This document shows positions 26,644 to 38,025 of a DNA stretch of 64,000 bases, in pieces. The notes under the pieces are model-generated. The model had not been told where the DNA came from and made no database searches. It saw only the letters and a program-made list of their open reading frames with translations. The translations under genes and the position numbers were made by a program. How positions within the stretch are numbered: the stretch's first letter is position 1; the number at the start of each line of letters is the position of its first letter. Origin of the DNA: Candidatus Berkelbacteria bacterium (GTDB lineage: Bacteria > Patescibacteriota > UBA1384 > JACPKC01); contig JACPKC010000006.1 in assembly GCA_016187225.1 (NCBI GenBank), positions 89,051-153,050 on the forward strand. The letters run 5' to 3'.

Positions 26644-28612
26644 CTTCCCTCCTGTGCCAGGCGCGCCAAGCTTCAAGCTCTTGAGGCGGATCTTCTAACC
26701 ACTTTTTTGCAATTACTCTTGCTTGTTCCATTTTGAGCGTATCAGTGAGCGAGGCAAGTCTCAACGGTGGCAAACCCGCTTGATCTATACCAAGCAAATC
26801 GCCTGGACCACGAAGTTTTAGATCAAGCTCGGCAAGCGCAAATCCGTCCTCGATGCGAACAAACGCTTCCAAGCGTTCACTCGCCACGGCATTGCTCGAA
26901 ATCACAATGCAAGTACTGGCGTTTTTACCACGACCAACTCGACCACGAAGTTGATGAAGTTGCGCCAGACCAAACTGTTCGGCATATTCAATCACTATCA
27001 AGGTTGCATTCGGAACATCGATCCCGACTTCGACGATTGACGTTGCAACCAAAAAATGAATCTCTCCTTTAAGAAATGCGTCGACTGCTGTTTGCTGAAC
27101 TTTCAGTGGGAGTTGCCCATGACAAACCTCAATTCGAGCCGAAGGAAGTTGTTTTCTATACCGCTCGCAAACTTCCTGAATTGATTCCAGTTGAGATTCA
27201 ACCGATGCATTGATTCTGGGTACGACAATGAAACCCTGGCTACCGGAAATGAATGTTTTTTCAAGCTCGCGATAAACCGATGCATAATTCTGCGTTTGCA
27301 AGAACACTGATCGGATGGGCTGTTGATGCAAAGGCTTCTCTTTGAGCAGACTAACGTTTGTCTCGCCATAAAGACTTAGCGCCAAGGATCTAGGAATCGG
27401 TGTGGCCGTCATGATTAGTGTATGTGGCACACGTCCGTTAGATTTTTGTTTTAACACTTCACGTTGCTCAACGCCAAAACGATGTTGTTCATCGATAATG
27501 ATTAGCCCAAACGGAGCCTGCCAGTCGCGAGTGAGAAGCGCGTGAGTGCCAATAACCAAAGTTGGCTGAATTAAGTTTGGCGTTTGAATGCCAGCGACAA
27601 CAAGCGTGGATTGAATCTTAAGTTGGCTCAAAAGTGATTGGATTCGATCATGCAACTGGCGCGCCAAAATTTGCGTCGGCGCCATCCAAGAAACATGCTG
27701 TTTGTTATCTAAAACAGTCAATGCGACAAAAAGTCCAACAATCGTTTTCCCGCTTCCCACATCTCCTTGCAAAAGATAGTTGAGCGGCTTGCCGTACGAC
27801 ATTTCCTGAACGATGCGCCATGCGCTTCGCCTCTGGCCATCTGTTAAAGTAAAGGGTAAAACATCACGAAGTTTCCGAAGAATTTTTTCATTCACTCTAA
27901 TAATCGGACTTCTGGTTCTCTTAAAATTCTGTTTAGTAAGCATGAGTTCATATTGTAAAAAGAGGAGTTCATCCAAAGCAATTCGTTTACGAGCGCAAGC
28001 TAATTGTTTTGGATCTTGCGGGCGATGAAGTGCATACACTGCTTCATTAAGTTGCGGCGACAGATCGGGGAGCGGATTTGGAATCGATAGTTGCTCTACC
28101 AGGGGTTGAATAAGTAAGCGTATCAAGCGCGAGGTGATGCCGGCAGTTTCCGGATAAATTGAAAGCATTCCACGCGTTGATTCTCGTTGAGGATTCACAA
28201 GTGTTACTCGGTTTTCTTGCCAATCCCAACGCGCATAACCAACAAGCAGAAGCTTCTTGCCTGCCTTAAGTGTGCGAGCGAGATAATCTTGCTGGAACCA
28301 AACGATCGGCAGTTCATTGCCCTTGCCGTCGCTCAAAAGCGCTGTGATTCGACTCTTGCGTTTACCAATTCTACGTTCGTGGTGAATTTGACGAAGAGAG
28401 CCTTCAACGACAACAAGCTCATCTCTGCGAATTGATTCAAATGGTTGAGGCGAACGTAAATCAAGCCAAGCGCGAGGCCAGTGTAAAAGCAAATCATTCA
28501 CGGTCGTGATGTTAATCCGAGCAAGCTTTGCCGCGATCGCCGGACCAACCCTCGGTAAAATTGTCACTGGGCGTTCAAGTAAGATCGGCGGGATAGCTTG
28601 AGAAACCGACAT
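26624..28612 (-). CDS. recG: ATP-dependent DNA helicase RecG
   Basis: [31 protein letters not shown]. Confidence 0.97.
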   Translation of the reverse strand: MSVSQAIPPILLERPVTILPRVGPAIAAKLARINITTVNDLLLHWPRAWLDLRSPQPFESIRRDELVVVEGSLRQIHHERRIGKRKSRITALLSDGKGNELPIVWFQQDYLARTLKAGKKLLLVGYARWDWQENRVTLVNPQRESTRGMLSIYPETAGITSRLIRLLIQPLVEQLSIPNPLPDLSPQLNEAVYALHRPQDPKQLACARKRIALDELLFLQYELMLTKQNFKRTRSPIIRVNEKILRKLRDVLPFTLTDGQRRSAWRIVQEMSYGKPLNYLLQGDVGSGKTIVGLFVALTVLDNKQHVSWMAPTQILARQLHDRIQSLLSQLKIQSTLVVAGIQTPNLIQPTLVIGTHALLTRDWQAPFGLIIIDEQHRFGVEQREVLKQKSNGRVPHTLIMTATPIPRSLALSLYGETNVSLLKEKPLHQQPIRSVFLQTQNYASVYRELEKTFISGSQGFIVVPRINASVESQLESIQEVCERYRKQLPSARIEVCHGQLPLKVQQTAVDAFLKGEIHFLVATSIVEVGIDVPNATLIVIEYAEQFGLAQLHQLRGRVGRGKNASTCIVISSNAVASERLEAFVRIEDGFALAELDLKLRGPGDLLGIDQAGLPPLRLASLTDTLKMEQARVIAKKWLEDPPQELEAWRAWHRREGEKSAD

Positions 28613-28613
28613 A

Positions 28614-29174
28614 TCAAACTTGAGCGGCCTCTCTTAAAGCCCAAGCGACTTGCTCTTCGAGCGACGTTTTTTCCTTAGGTAGTCTCTTCAAGATTTCCTG
28701 AATTTCTGCAGACGCATACCCAAGTGTGACAAGCGCATCGTAGAGCTCACTGCCGCCACCAGGAATGGTTATTTCTCTGCCTGCAACAATCTTGCCTTTG
28801 AGTTCAACGATAATTTTAGCCGCGCCCTTTTTACCGAGCCCTGGAATTGACTGAAAAAAACCAAGATTATCCCGTTCTACCGCCGCCGCGATCTCGTCAG
28901 GAGTCGCGGTCGAAAGAATCGTCAGACCGAGCTTCGGTCCAATACTCGGCACGGTGAGAAGAAGTTTAAAAAGTTCGAGTTCAGCAAGCGTTGCAAACCC
29001 AAACAACGCCAACTCGTCCTCGCGCACATGTTGATAGGTAAACAGAAACACCTGTTCCCCTATCTGTGGCACCGACCGCGCCGGTACCGCCACCAAGTAC
29101 CCAACCCCCGCCACCTCAATCACCACCCCAACTGGAAAGTGATGTGTCATCTCGCCACGCAATGTCCGGATCAT
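28614..29174 (-). CDS. ruvA: Holliday junction protein RuvA
   Basis: GVGY, VREDELALFGF, GPK, PGLGKK. Confidence 0.96.
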   Translation of the reverse strand: MIRTLRGEMTHHFPVGVVIEVAGVGYLVAVPARSVPQIGEQVFLFTYQHVREDELALFGFATLAELELFKLLLTVPSIGPKLGLTILSTATPDEIAAAVERDNLGFFQSIPGLGKKGAAKIIVELKGKIVAGREITIPGGGSELYDALVTLGYASAEIQEILKRLPKEKTSLEEQVAWALREAAQV

Positions 29175-30250
29175 ACTTTACCTGTCGCAATTTCCCTAAA
29201 ACAAAGTTCATACTTACGCGCCATTGTTGCAGTCGAGAAATGCTCTTCTACATACGCACGACAGAACGTCCGAGATATTTTGGCCACATGACTCAAAAGC
29301 TGAGGAATCTCAGAGACATCATTATAAAGATAGCCGCTTTCCCCGTGAACGATCGTCTCAAGAAACGCACCCATTCGGGGGCCAATGACTGGCGTCCCTG
29401 CTGCCATCGCTTCAACAACTACCATGCCGAATGGCTCCAGACCATCAGATGGGAAAAGAAGTGCCTGCGCGTTTGCCATCAGGGTGATAGCGTCTTCCTG
29501 CGTGACACGCCCAAGATACTCTACATTCGGCAACGCTTTCAGGCGAGGCTCAATTTCCCTGGCGAAGTATGCTTCATGATTTGGCGAAGATGGACCCGCA
29601 ACTTTGAGTTGCATACCGACTGTCGAAACAGCGTCAAGAGCGTGGTGAAGGCCTTTCGAAGGAACAATGCGTCCGACCCAAGCAATGTACTCTTTTGGCT
29701 GTTTCACGAATGTAATTTCATGAACATTTACACCATTAGTCGCGACAAAGAGTGGTTCAAGCTCGTCACCAAGTGAACGGCAGTACGCTTGCATATCTTT
29801 GGAATTCGTTACGAAGTACACTTCTTCCCGACCATGAGCTTCACAAAGTTGTCGAGCCTGCTGGACACTTGTTCGGTCGTGCAAACTCATAACTAGGGGG
29901 ACACTTCTCTTTCCGGGATACTGAGCGATGGCCGGCAAGACAACACGTGGATCCCACCCAAGGACTACATCCAACTTCTCTCGTTCGACGTACGCAAGTG
30001 CACGCTCAAAAATAATGCTGTCAATTTGAAGCTTCTCCTCATTGGTAGCATCTGCCGACACCCCTGGCAGTGTCCCAAACGTCTCAACATGAAATTCTGG
30101 CTCGCGGTCAGTGATCCCAAGAAACCTCACATCGTGACCATTGCTTTGCAACCATTCAGCCAATTCATAACAGAGCTTCAGCGATGCATTGATTTTTCCA
30201 GGTGTATATGGTGCGTTCAACGTTGCTGAACCAAAAATGCCGATCTTCAT
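29171..30250 (-). CDS. Glycosyltransferase family 4
   Basis: GRIVPSKG, EPFGMVVVEAMAAGTPVI. Confidence 0.92.
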   Translation of the reverse strand: MKIGIFGSATLNAPYTPGKINASLKLCYELAEWLQSNGHDVRFLGITDREPEFHVETFGTLPGVSADATNEEKLQIDSIIFERALAYVEREKLDVVLGWDPRVVLPAIAQYPGKRSVPLVMSLHDRTSVQQARQLCEAHGREEVYFVTNSKDMQAYCRSLGDELEPLFVATNGVNVHEITFVKQPKEYIAWVGRIVPSKGLHHALDAVSTVGMQLKVAGPSSPNHEAYFAREIEPRLKALPNVEYLGRVTQEDAITLMANAQALLFPSDGLEPFGMVVVEAMAAGTPVIGPRMGAFLETIVHGESGYLYNDVSEIPQLLSHVAKISRTFCRAYVEEHFSTATMARKYELCFREIATGKV

Positions 30251-30267
30251 ATACTTCCCTAACTGCG

Positions 30268-31416
30268 CTAAGCGACAAGTTTTACGAAGAGGCGCTCGTA
30301 ATCATCCAGCATGCGCGAGGCGCTGAAATAGTCTTCGACACGCTTTCGACAGGCTTGGCGCATTGCTTTGTAAGCATCATTCGAAAGCGCATAAATGCGT
30401 TCAACTGCCTCACAGAGACCAGCTTTTCCTGTGGCTTGAACTATCCAGTTCCCACGACGTCCCTCGAGTGAAGGATTCACAATAAATCCAGTAACTCCAT
30501 CTTCGATGACCTCGGGAATCGCACCTCGCGCATATGCTACCACGGGTGTCCCTGTTGCCATTGCCTCTATGAGTACCATACCGAAACCTTCTTCGAATTT
30601 CACCGGGTGGATGAGAAGTCGCGCCTGGTATGCTGTATATACCTCTGACTGACTCAATACTCCGACATATTCAACCATTGAATCTTTCAATAATATCTCT
30701 AACTGCTTCACATATGCCGCGTTACTGACTGATCGACTCAACTCTCCTATCAAGCGTATACGCTTTTTTACTTCTTGCGCTACTCTGATGGCAAGGTCGG
30801 GCTGTTTTTGTGTCCCGAGGCGACCAACGAATAAAATCTCATCACTTCCAATTGGCTGAAACGGCACTTGCTGAAGGTCAATGCCATGATAAATTCGATC
30901 TACAACTTGGAATGATGGTTGGAGCTCAGACCTCTGGTAGTCGGAAATAGCAACAAAAAGGCTACTCGCATGAAACCGCTTCAATCTTGCCTGCTGTATT
31001 GGCTCTTGGTGATCGGTGATAGGCTCTGAGCCGTGGTAGGTGTATACAAGGGGACACTGGGCAAAAGAAGAAAAGTACATAAGTCGAGCAGGGTCGTGAG
31101 CATGGATGATATCGTACTGTCCGCTTGCTTCGATAATTGCCGAGGCCATATAGAGCTCGTACTCAACCATGAGCCTCGTGTAATATGCTGGGTCATTGTT
31201 CAATTTCTCAGCATACTGGGCATAGATTGACCCTAGACCGAAGGATTTGAGCGTTGCATTTTGAAGCTGGGAGTCGCTGGCTGCGTACACATCGACCTCA
31301 TGCCCACGAGCAGCCAGCCCCTCAGCAATTGTACCCGCCAATGTCGTAGGCGCTGCAATCGCTTTTTCATTTGTGAATAAGTTTCTGCTCTCAAGCGGCA
31401 AAACTCCAATTCTCAT
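30268..31416 (-). CDS. Glycosyltransferase family 4
   Basis: EEGFGMVLIEAMATGTPVV. Confidence 0.92.
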   Translation of the reverse strand: MRIGVLPLESRNLFTNEKAIAAPTTLAGTIAEGLAARGHEVDVYAASDSQLQNATLKSFGLGSIYAQYAEKLNNDPAYYTRLMVEYELYMASAIIEASGQYDIIHAHDPARLMYFSSFAQCPLVYTYHGSEPITDHQEPIQQARLKRFHASSLFVAISDYQRSELQPSFQVVDRIYHGIDLQQVPFQPIGSDEILFVGRLGTQKQPDLAIRVAQEVKKRIRLIGELSRSVSNAAYVKQLEILLKDSMVEYVGVLSQSEVYTAYQARLLIHPVKFEEGFGMVLIEAMATGTPVVAYARGAIPEVIEDGVTGFIVNPSLEGRRGNWIVQATGKAGLCEAVERIYALSNDAYKAMRQACRKRVEDYFSASRMLDDYERLFVKLVA

Positions 31417-32612
31417 ACGAACACCCCTCTTTGTATGACTTCCCGGTAGATAGCTTCGAATTGATCTGCCTGTCGACCTATTGAGAACCTCTGGAGAACT
31501 GATGTTCGCGCTGCTCTCCCCACGCCCTTTTGAGCAGGCAAGGTTTCGATAATTTTGCAAAGTATTCTGGCAAGACCTTCATGATCATCACTGTCAACAA
31601 GGTATCCAGTTTTACCATGCGTGATTATTTCTTTTGGTCCACCTGAATTCCCAGCAAACACAATTTTCTCCATACTCATTGCCTCCACATGTGCGATTCC
31701 GAAACTTTCGCGAAACGAAGGGAGACAAGAAATCTGTGCAAGTTGCAGTAATTGTGGCACGAATTCATGAGCGACCTGCTCTATAAAGAGTACATGATTC
31801 TTTAGTCCAAGCGAAACGATTTCGTGCCGGAAATCAGCCAGGGTTTTTTCTAGCTGTTCACTCGGCACATCTTGCCTGTTCACCGGCGCGAGCAACATGA
31901 TGGTGGGATATTGCTCAACAATTGCAGGCAAAGCTCGAAGAACGGTGCGAAAACGTTTCTGTTCTTGGTATTTCCCGGTTGACATGCTGGCCAACCTGCC
32001 AGGAAACAACACGGACAGCCTACCACCTAATTGCTCTTTAAGAGAACGAATTAAAGGATGCTGAATTTGCACTCTTGGATGGAATGCATCTGGGTCCACG
32101 GCATTGTAAATGACTTGAACTGTGGCCTGGTTGGCTCCTTGTCGAAGATATGCATCCTTACCATACTGGCTCACCGTAACAATTTTTCCCCAACGCAATT
32201 GAGCAATTTTCTGGGTTTTTTCAGGTTCACGAGCCTGCGCATCGTGTGCATGAAGTATGAAAGGAATCTGGAACTTCTGACTAAGTCGAAAGGCGACAAG
32301 CGACCGATCTATATCAAAAGGTAATGCCATGTTATGCCCGTGTAGGGCATCAGGAGCCGACTGCTCCAGTATAGCCTCCATATCTCTTTCAAAGAGCTTC
32401 CGGGATTCAATTGAAATCTGCTTAGGATGGAAGCTCGGTAAACATACTACGGTGACACCATTCAATTGGTGATTATGACGCGCCGTTTCGCTACCGGTGA
32501 CGACAGTCATTTGGTGGCCTCTGCGCGCCATTTCTTCCGCTAGCTGCTGAGCGACCAATTCGGCTCCACCAACGACCGGAGAATAATAACGGGAGAGAAC
32601 AAGAATCTTCAT
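31413..32612 (-). CDS. Glycosyltransferase family 4
   Basis: GGAE, ESFGIAHVEAM. Confidence 0.92.
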   Translation of the reverse strand: MKILVLSRYYSPVVGGAELVAQQLAEEMARRGHQMTVVTGSETARHNHQLNGVTVVCLPSFHPKQISIESRKLFERDMEAILEQSAPDALHGHNMALPFDIDRSLVAFRLSQKFQIPFILHAHDAQAREPEKTQKIAQLRWGKIVTVSQYGKDAYLRQGANQATVQVIYNAVDPDAFHPRVQIQHPLIRSLKEQLGGRLSVLFPGRLASMSTGKYQEQKRFRTVLRALPAIVEQYPTIMLLAPVNRQDVPSEQLEKTLADFRHEIVSLGLKNHVLFIEQVAHEFVPQLLQLAQISCLPSFRESFGIAHVEAMSMEKIVFAGNSGGPKEIITHGKTGYLVDSDDHEGLARILCKIIETLPAQKGVGRAARTSVLQRFSIGRQADQFEAIYREVIQRGVFV

Positions 32613-32622
32613 AATAGCCAGT

Positions 32623-33894
32623 CTATATGTAGTCGAGCCCTTTTTTCTTTATCTCAAGTGTCTCAAACTCAACATTGATCGGTAGCTTTCTTCGCTTCCG
32701 GTGCTCAATCCCTAGTTGCACAGTCTGTTCATAATAATCGTGAAAACGGTCTGTGATTTTTTTCCAATCAAACCTGTCTTCAACAAGCTCACGCGCGGCC
32801 TTACCCAGGCGCTCTTCTACTTCTGGGTGTTCTAAAATGTAGTTTACTCGTTCGGCAATTGCTTTTGCGCTTCTCGCTCGGACTAAGTACCCAGTGACAT
32901 CGTTCTTCACTGCTAACGGAATGCCGCCTTTCCTACTTGCAACGACAGGGGTGTACGACGCCATTGCTTCAAGCGCGACCAAACCCAGCGCCTCATCAAC
33001 AACGGAGGGGAAAACAAACACGCTTGCTCTCCGATAGAATTCCCTGAGCTCGTTCAGATACTCTTTGCCAAAATATCCAAGGAAATGTACGTTATCCGCA
33101 CCGAGATCCTGGGCCAATTTTTCAAGATCTTTTCTACCTTCCCCGCTCCCTAAAATAAAAATTTCTGCTTTGATGTTTGGCGCAGCTTTAATGAGGTAGT
33201 TTACACCCTTGTGTTCACTGAGTTTTCCAACGAAAATCACAATTTTTTTATTACCGAGATGGTATTTTCCGTTGATAATCTTTATGGGGAGTTCTTTCGG
33301 ATACGTTTGAAGGTCAATCCCTCCAGTAATAACTTTTGTTTTATGCGCTATCCCCGCCTTCCCGAACGTTTTAAGAAACCATTTCTTTGTATGCCCAGAA
33401 ACTGTGTTGATGATCGTGGCGTGCTTCAACGCTGATCTTGTTAAGGGTATCCATCGCTTATCTTCGGCAGCGGTAATTAATGACGTCCCATGAATGGTGA
33501 CCAGGTATTTTATGCCGTAGATCGCATTGATGTATTGGGCGATCCAGGTGAAATAAGAAGCATGATTCACATGGATAACATCTGGCTTAAACTCATTCAC
33601 CACCTGTAGGATTTGCCTGAAAGCTGAAGAGTATAATTGAACAATCTCAGCATTTGTGAGATCTGAAAATCGCTTCGCATCGGGCCAATCAGGATGCGAT
33701 GTTGCAACGACTCTTATTGGAAGATTAAGCGCATACAGCTTGACCCCACGCAACGTATGGTTTGCCTCATTGGGGCAAAGAAGAGCAACACTATCATCAG
33801 AGAATCGTGCCGCAACATGCTCAGACAGCTTGCGCACGTAGGTCCCACTACCACTCCCAAATAAAGGGTACTGTAATAGGAATAAGATGCGCAT
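32623..33894 (-). CDS. Glycosyltransferase family 4
   Basis: GSGSG, EALGLVALEAMA. Confidence 0.92.
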   Translation of the reverse strand: MRILFLLQYPLFGSGSGTYVRKLSEHVAARFSDDSVALLCPNEANHTLRGVKLYALNLPIRVVATSHPDWPDAKRFSDLTNAEIVQLYSSAFRQILQVVNEFKPDVIHVNHASYFTWIAQYINAIYGIKYLVTIHGTSLITAAEDKRWIPLTRSALKHATIINTVSGHTKKWFLKTFGKAGIAHKTKVITGGIDLQTYPKELPIKIINGKYHLGNKKIVIFVGKLSEHKGVNYLIKAAPNIKAEIFILGSGEGRKDLEKLAQDLGADNVHFLGYFGKEYLNELREFYRRASVFVFPSVVDEALGLVALEAMASYTPVVASRKGGIPLAVKNDVTGYLVRARSAKAIAERVNYILEHPEVEERLGKAARELVEDRFDWKKITDRFHDYYEQTVQLGIEHRKRRKLPINVEFETLEIKKKGLDYI

Positions 33895-33954
33895 CTGAAG
33901 GCCTCACTTTCTCTGATAATCAGAATCAGAATGTTTAGTATAGCAGTGGAACTA

Positions 33955-34938
33955 CTAATTACTATCCTTGAGATACTTTGCCGCGTCTTCGGGGCTCATC
34001 ACATCGATAATCATGCCACTGCCGATCTCAAAGCCGCCATAGGTTGAAAGACGAGGAGTGATTTCAACGTGCCAATGGTAATGGTCAGCGCTTTCAACGC
34101 TGGCGGGCAAGGTATGAATAGCATAGTTAAGCGGCGGATCGTCAAGCGTCTGATCAAGAGCGCCGAGCGTTTGACGCATCGCCTCTCCGAAGGCGGCCAA
34201 TTTCCCCCCGTCGATACCCTCAAAACGGGAAGAGTGGCCTTTGGGTAGGAGCCAAATCTCAAATGGGAAACGAGCGGCATAGAATGTAAAAGCGATAAAC
34301 GTCTCGCTCTCAAAAACAATCCTTTTAGACAATTCGCGTTCGTGAGTAATTAAATCACAAAAAACACAGGCGCCATTTTTTTCGAAGTACTGTTTGGCGC
34401 CATGAAGTTCATGGCCAATTGTGTTCGGCACAACATTTGAAGCAAAAATCTGCGCATGAGGATGCAAAATTGACGCCCCAGCTTCATTGCGATGATTATA
34501 AATCGGCATCACGCTGACGACGTTGCAAGTCGTATAAAAATACTCGACTCGCTTCTGAATCATTGTATTCAGATCATGCCAGACCTCTGGAGTAAATTCC
34601 GGCAAGTTTATTGCATGCTCCTTAATGATCACGACATCGTGACCACCTGTGCTCGGCCGAACCGTATAAAATCCATTCTCTATCTGCGCCGAACGCGAAC
34701 TGCACCGCTTTGAATCCTCAAGAAATGCCGGGTATTTGTTGGGAATAACATACACGCGTTCAGTCTCAAAACTTGGCAGGCGCTCGAGATACGCCGAGCC
34801 ATGAATACAAAAATTACACTCCGCGGCGGCGTCAGTGCGCACCGCTCGCTTGACAATATAATCTGTTGGGCGTTTGGCGCGCTCGGGTGCGATCACCACC
34901 CACTCGCCAGTGACAATGTTTTGACGCAGTTGTGGCAT
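33955..34938 (-). CDS. galT: Galactose-1-phosphate uridylyltransferase-like protein
   Basis: ERAKRP, NKYPA, GASILHPHAQ. Confidence 0.92.
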   Translation of the reverse strand: MPQLRQNIVTGEWVVIAPERAKRPTDYIVKRAVRTDAAAECNFCIHGSAYLERLPSFETERVYVIPNKYPAFLEDSKRCSSRSAQIENGFYTVRPSTGGHDVVIIKEHAINLPEFTPEVWHDLNTMIQKRVEYFYTTCNVVSVMPIYNHRNEAGASILHPHAQIFASNVVPNTIGHELHGAKQYFEKNGACVFCDLITHERELSKRIVFESETFIAFTFYAARFPFEIWLLPKGHSSRFEGIDGGKLAAFGEAMRQTLGALDQTLDDPPLNYAIHTLPASVESADHYHWHVEITPRLSTYGGFEIGSGMIIDVMSPEDAAKYLKDSN

Positions 34939-35439
34939 CTAAACTCCAACTAAATTTTGCAGACTAATAGTAGTTCGGCTGGTGACATGAGTAACGGCCA
35001 CCGCCACCGCGTCGGCGGCATCATCTTGATTAGGGATAGCCGCCCCTTGGACATGATGAAGCAACATACGTCCGACTTGTTGTTTAGTGGCCTTGCCATA
35101 ACCAGTAACGGCTAATTTAACTTGAAGCGGGGTGTACTCGTAGATTGGCAGATTATATTCCGCAGCCGCCAGTAAAACAATCCCGCGCGCCTCGCTCACC
35201 TTAAGCGCTGTGGTTACGTTGCGGCTAAAAAAGAGTCGCTCAACGGCCATTTCACGCGGCTTGAAACGTTTAATTAGGGTGCGAATTTCTCGACAAAGTT
35301 CAGCTAAACGATAGGCCGTGGCAAGCCCAAGCGTTGTTGTGATCGTACCTGCGGCCTCAAGTATAGCCTGGTGGCCACTTGGCTCAACCACACTCCAACC
35401 AGTCGTTCCAATCCCTGGATCAATACCAAGAATCCGCAT
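34939..35439 (-). CDS. ruvC: Holliday junction resolvase RuvC
   Basis: ILGIDPG, ERLFF, EYTPLQVK, DDAADA. Confidence 0.96.
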   Translation of the reverse strand: MRILGIDPGIGTTGWSVVEPSGHQAILEAAGTITTTLGLATAYRLAELCREIRTLIKRFKPREMAVERLFFSRNVTTALKVSEARGIVLLAAAEYNLPIYEYTPLQVKLAVTGYGKATKQQVGRMLLHHVQGAAIPNQDDAADAVAVAVTHVTSRTTISLQNLVGV

Positions 35440-35440
35440 G

Positions 35441-36364
35441 TCAGCTTTTTCGATTCTTATACCAATCGACTGTGCGTTGAACGCCTTCTTTAAGTTCAAT
35501 CATCGGTTCCCAATCAAGTTCAGTTTTAGCGCGTGCGCAGTCAAGCGCCGAGCGCTTTTGTTCACCCGGACGCGCTGGTCCAAACTGTGCTTCTTGAATA
35601 AGATCAGTCGCTTTTTGAAGAAAAGCATAAATTTCTTTGACGTTTGTCTCCTGGCCAGTGCCGATGTTATAGGCGCCATTGCCCTTATCGAGAGCCGCCA
35701 CATGCGCGCGCGCCACATCCTCAACAAAAACATAGTCACGCGTTTGCAAACCGTCACCATAGATCGTGGCCGCTTGCCCAGTCATCATTCGCTCGAGAAA
35801 AACCGCGATCACACCGGTTTCGCCTTTAGGATTTTGCCGTGGGCCGTAAACATTGGAATACCGAAGCGCTACCCAGTTAATTTCGGGGTACTCGGTATGG
35901 TAAAAGTGCAAGTACTGTTCGGCTGTCAATTTAGTCACGCCGTAAGGCGAAACTGGCAAAGTCGGATGGGTTTCGGGTGTCGGCACCTGATCGGTGTCGC
36001 CGTAGAGCGCGCCGCCGGTTGAGGCAATAATTACGCGCTTAACCGATCTACGAGCGGCTTCCATTAAATTAAGAAAGCCCAAGATATTGACCGTGGCGTT
36101 GAACTGCGGCTTCTTCACTGATTCAGGCACTGAAAGATGAGCCGCTTGATGATTGATGAGTTCGGGCTCGAATTCTCGCACGGCGCGCTCTACGGCCGAT
36201 TGATCGGTTAAATCAACTTCATAAAGTTTGGCGTCCGGGTGCACATTTTCACGCAATCCTGTTGAGAAATTATCGAGAATGGCAAGCTCATGCCCTAACG
36301 ATCGATATGCTTCAACGATATGCGACCCAATAAAACCCGCTCCACCCGACACGAGAATTCTCAT
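35441..36364 (-). CDS. NAD-dependent epimerase (UDP-glucose 4-epimerase-like)
   Basis: GGAGFIGSH, YGVTK, NVYGPRQ. Confidence 0.93.
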   Translation of the reverse strand: MRILVSGGAGFIGSHIVEAYRSLGHELAILDNFSTGLRENVHPDAKLYEVDLTDQSAVERAVREFEPELINHQAAHLSVPESVKKPQFNATVNILGFLNLMEAARRSVKRVIIASTGGALYGDTDQVPTPETHPTLPVSPYGVTKLTAEQYLHFYHTEYPEINWVALRYSNVYGPRQNPKGETGVIAVFLERMMTGQAATIYGDGLQTRDYVFVEDVARAHVAALDKGNGAYNIGTGQETNVKEIYAFLQKATDLIQEAQFGPARPGEQKRSALDCARAKTELDWEPMIELKEGVQRTVDWYKNRKS

Positions 36365-36393
36365 ATTCCTCCTTTATTCAGTGCCCCACGCTC

Positions 36394-37092
36394 TCATAAA
36401 GTGGCGTTCGTTTCAACTGAATCTATATCTTCCAGATCATCGATCTGTTCAAGAAGTGTCAGGAGCTTGTCGCGTGTTGGCTCATCAATCTCGATTGTCA
36501 TTTTAGGCACAAAGGCGAATCTAGTTTCCAACGGCACGATGGTCTGCAACTTAAGCATTTGGGTGACCGACTCTAAATTTTGAGGCGTTGTATAACCAAT
36601 CACCCGTTCATCTTCAATCAAAACGTCATCAACTCCGGCCTCAATAAGCGCAAGCTGGGTTGCGTCGGGATCTTCTCCCCGCGCGACTTCAACGATCCCA
36701 CGATAATCAAACAGATGTCGCACCCCTCCAGCTTGGGCAAGATTGACTCCATATTTATTAAATATCGCCCGAAGCGCTCCAAGAGTGCGCCTGCAATTAT
36801 CTGTTAAAACAGTGATCAGTAGCGCCGTTCCACCTGGCGCGTACGCCTCATAGAGCGCTTCTCCAATTTGATTTTCGCCCGCCACGTTTCCGACGCCGCG
36901 TTGAATCGCTCGCTCGATATTTTCCCTAGGCATATTGGCGGCGCGCGCGGTGTTAATGGCGATTTCAAGATTTCTGTCTAAACGCGCGGCCACGGTAATT
37001 TGTTTTGCGAGTTTGCCAAAGAGAACGCCTCGTTTGACATCAGTCGCTCCCTTCTTGCGTTTAATCTGCGCCCACTTGGAGTGACCAGACAT
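36394..37092 (-). CDS. yebC: YebC/PmpR family protein
   Basis: MSGHSKWAQIKRKK, YEAYAPGG, TDN. Confidence 0.96.
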   Translation of the reverse strand: MSGHSKWAQIKRKKGATDVKRGVLFGKLAKQITVAARLDRNLEIAINTARAANMPRENIERAIQRGVGNVAGENQIGEALYEAYAPGGTALLITVLTDNCRRTLGALRAIFNKYGVNLAQAGGVRHLFDYRGIVEVARGEDPDATQLALIEAGVDDVLIEDERVIGYTTPQNLESVTQMLKLQTIVPLETRFAFVPKMTIEIDEPTRDKLLTLLEQIDDLEDIDSVETNATL

Positions 37093-37149
37093 AACTGAAG
37101 GGTAATTGGTTACGTGTGAAGAGTAAAGAGCCAATAACTATGAAAAATT

Positions 37150-38025
37150 TTATTTTTCACTGCTTGCGTGGAACGATAGACCATCACTCACAAATGTTAA
37201 AGTCCCCTGTAAATCGGTGCGATAGGTCTCAATGCCATGCTCCGCCAAGCGTTCAAGCGCTTGAGCGTGCGGGTGGCCATAACGATTCTCGGCGCCAGCT
37301 GAAATTGCCCCATATTTTGGATGCACGGCCTCAAGAAACGCATCCGTACTGCCATGTTCAGAGCCATGATGGCTAACCTTTAAGAGCGTTGCCCCTAAAC
37401 TCGCCGAATCTCTGGCTACAAGCGCCGCTTCCTGTTTTTCATCCAAATCGCCCGTAAAAAGTGCGCTCGTTAAGCCATAGGTGAGCTTAACAACTAGCGT
37501 GGCGTCATGATTCTCGTCCGGCCGACGACCGGTAAAATCCTCGAAAGGATGGAGAACTATGAGGCGAGTCGTTCCAATTAAGCGTTCAACGCCTGCTTTA
37601 ACAATTTGAACCTTCGCACCCGAAGATTGCACTGCTCGCAACCAGGCCTGAAAAGTTTGCGTGGTGTGGATCGCACCCGAAAGCCAGACCTCATCAACCT
37701 GGATACGTTCAAATAGCCCTGGAAAACCGCCAATATGATCGGCATCGTTATGCGTTGCAACGACTAGAGTTAAGCGTTTTGCAGGCAAAAAGCGTAAAAT
37801 CACCGGCACGGCTTCAGCGCCGGGTCCGGCATCAATTAAAATCTGATCTCGCTCTGGGGTTGTGACGAGAATCGCATCCCCCTGACCAATATCCAAAACA
37901 CGGACTATGAGTTGACCGCTGGCTTCGATTGGCTGGCGGAGAAGTTGGACAACAAAACCAACCACAATCAGCGCGGTCAAGAAAAAAAGATTAAAGCGAG
38001 TGGCGCGAACGCGCCTAGCGTTCAT
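37150..38025 (-). CDS. ComEC-type metallo-beta-lactamase domain protein
   Basis: DIGQGD, THNDADHIGG, FTGD, KVSHHGS, YGHP. Confidence 0.93.
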   Translation of the reverse strand: MNARRVRATRFNLFFLTALIVVGFVVQLLRQPIEASGQLIVRVLDIGQGDAILVTTPERDQILIDAGPGAEAVPVILRFLPAKRLTLVVATHNDADHIGGFPGLFERIQVDEVWLSGAIHTTQTFQAWLRAVQSSGAKVQIVKAGVERLIGTTRLIVLHPFEDFTGRRPDENHDATLVVKLTYGLTSALFTGDLDEKQEAALVARDSASLGATLLKVSHHGSEHGSTDAFLEAVHPKYGAISAGAENRYGHPHAQALERLAEHGIETYRTDLQGTLTFVSDGLSFHASSEK

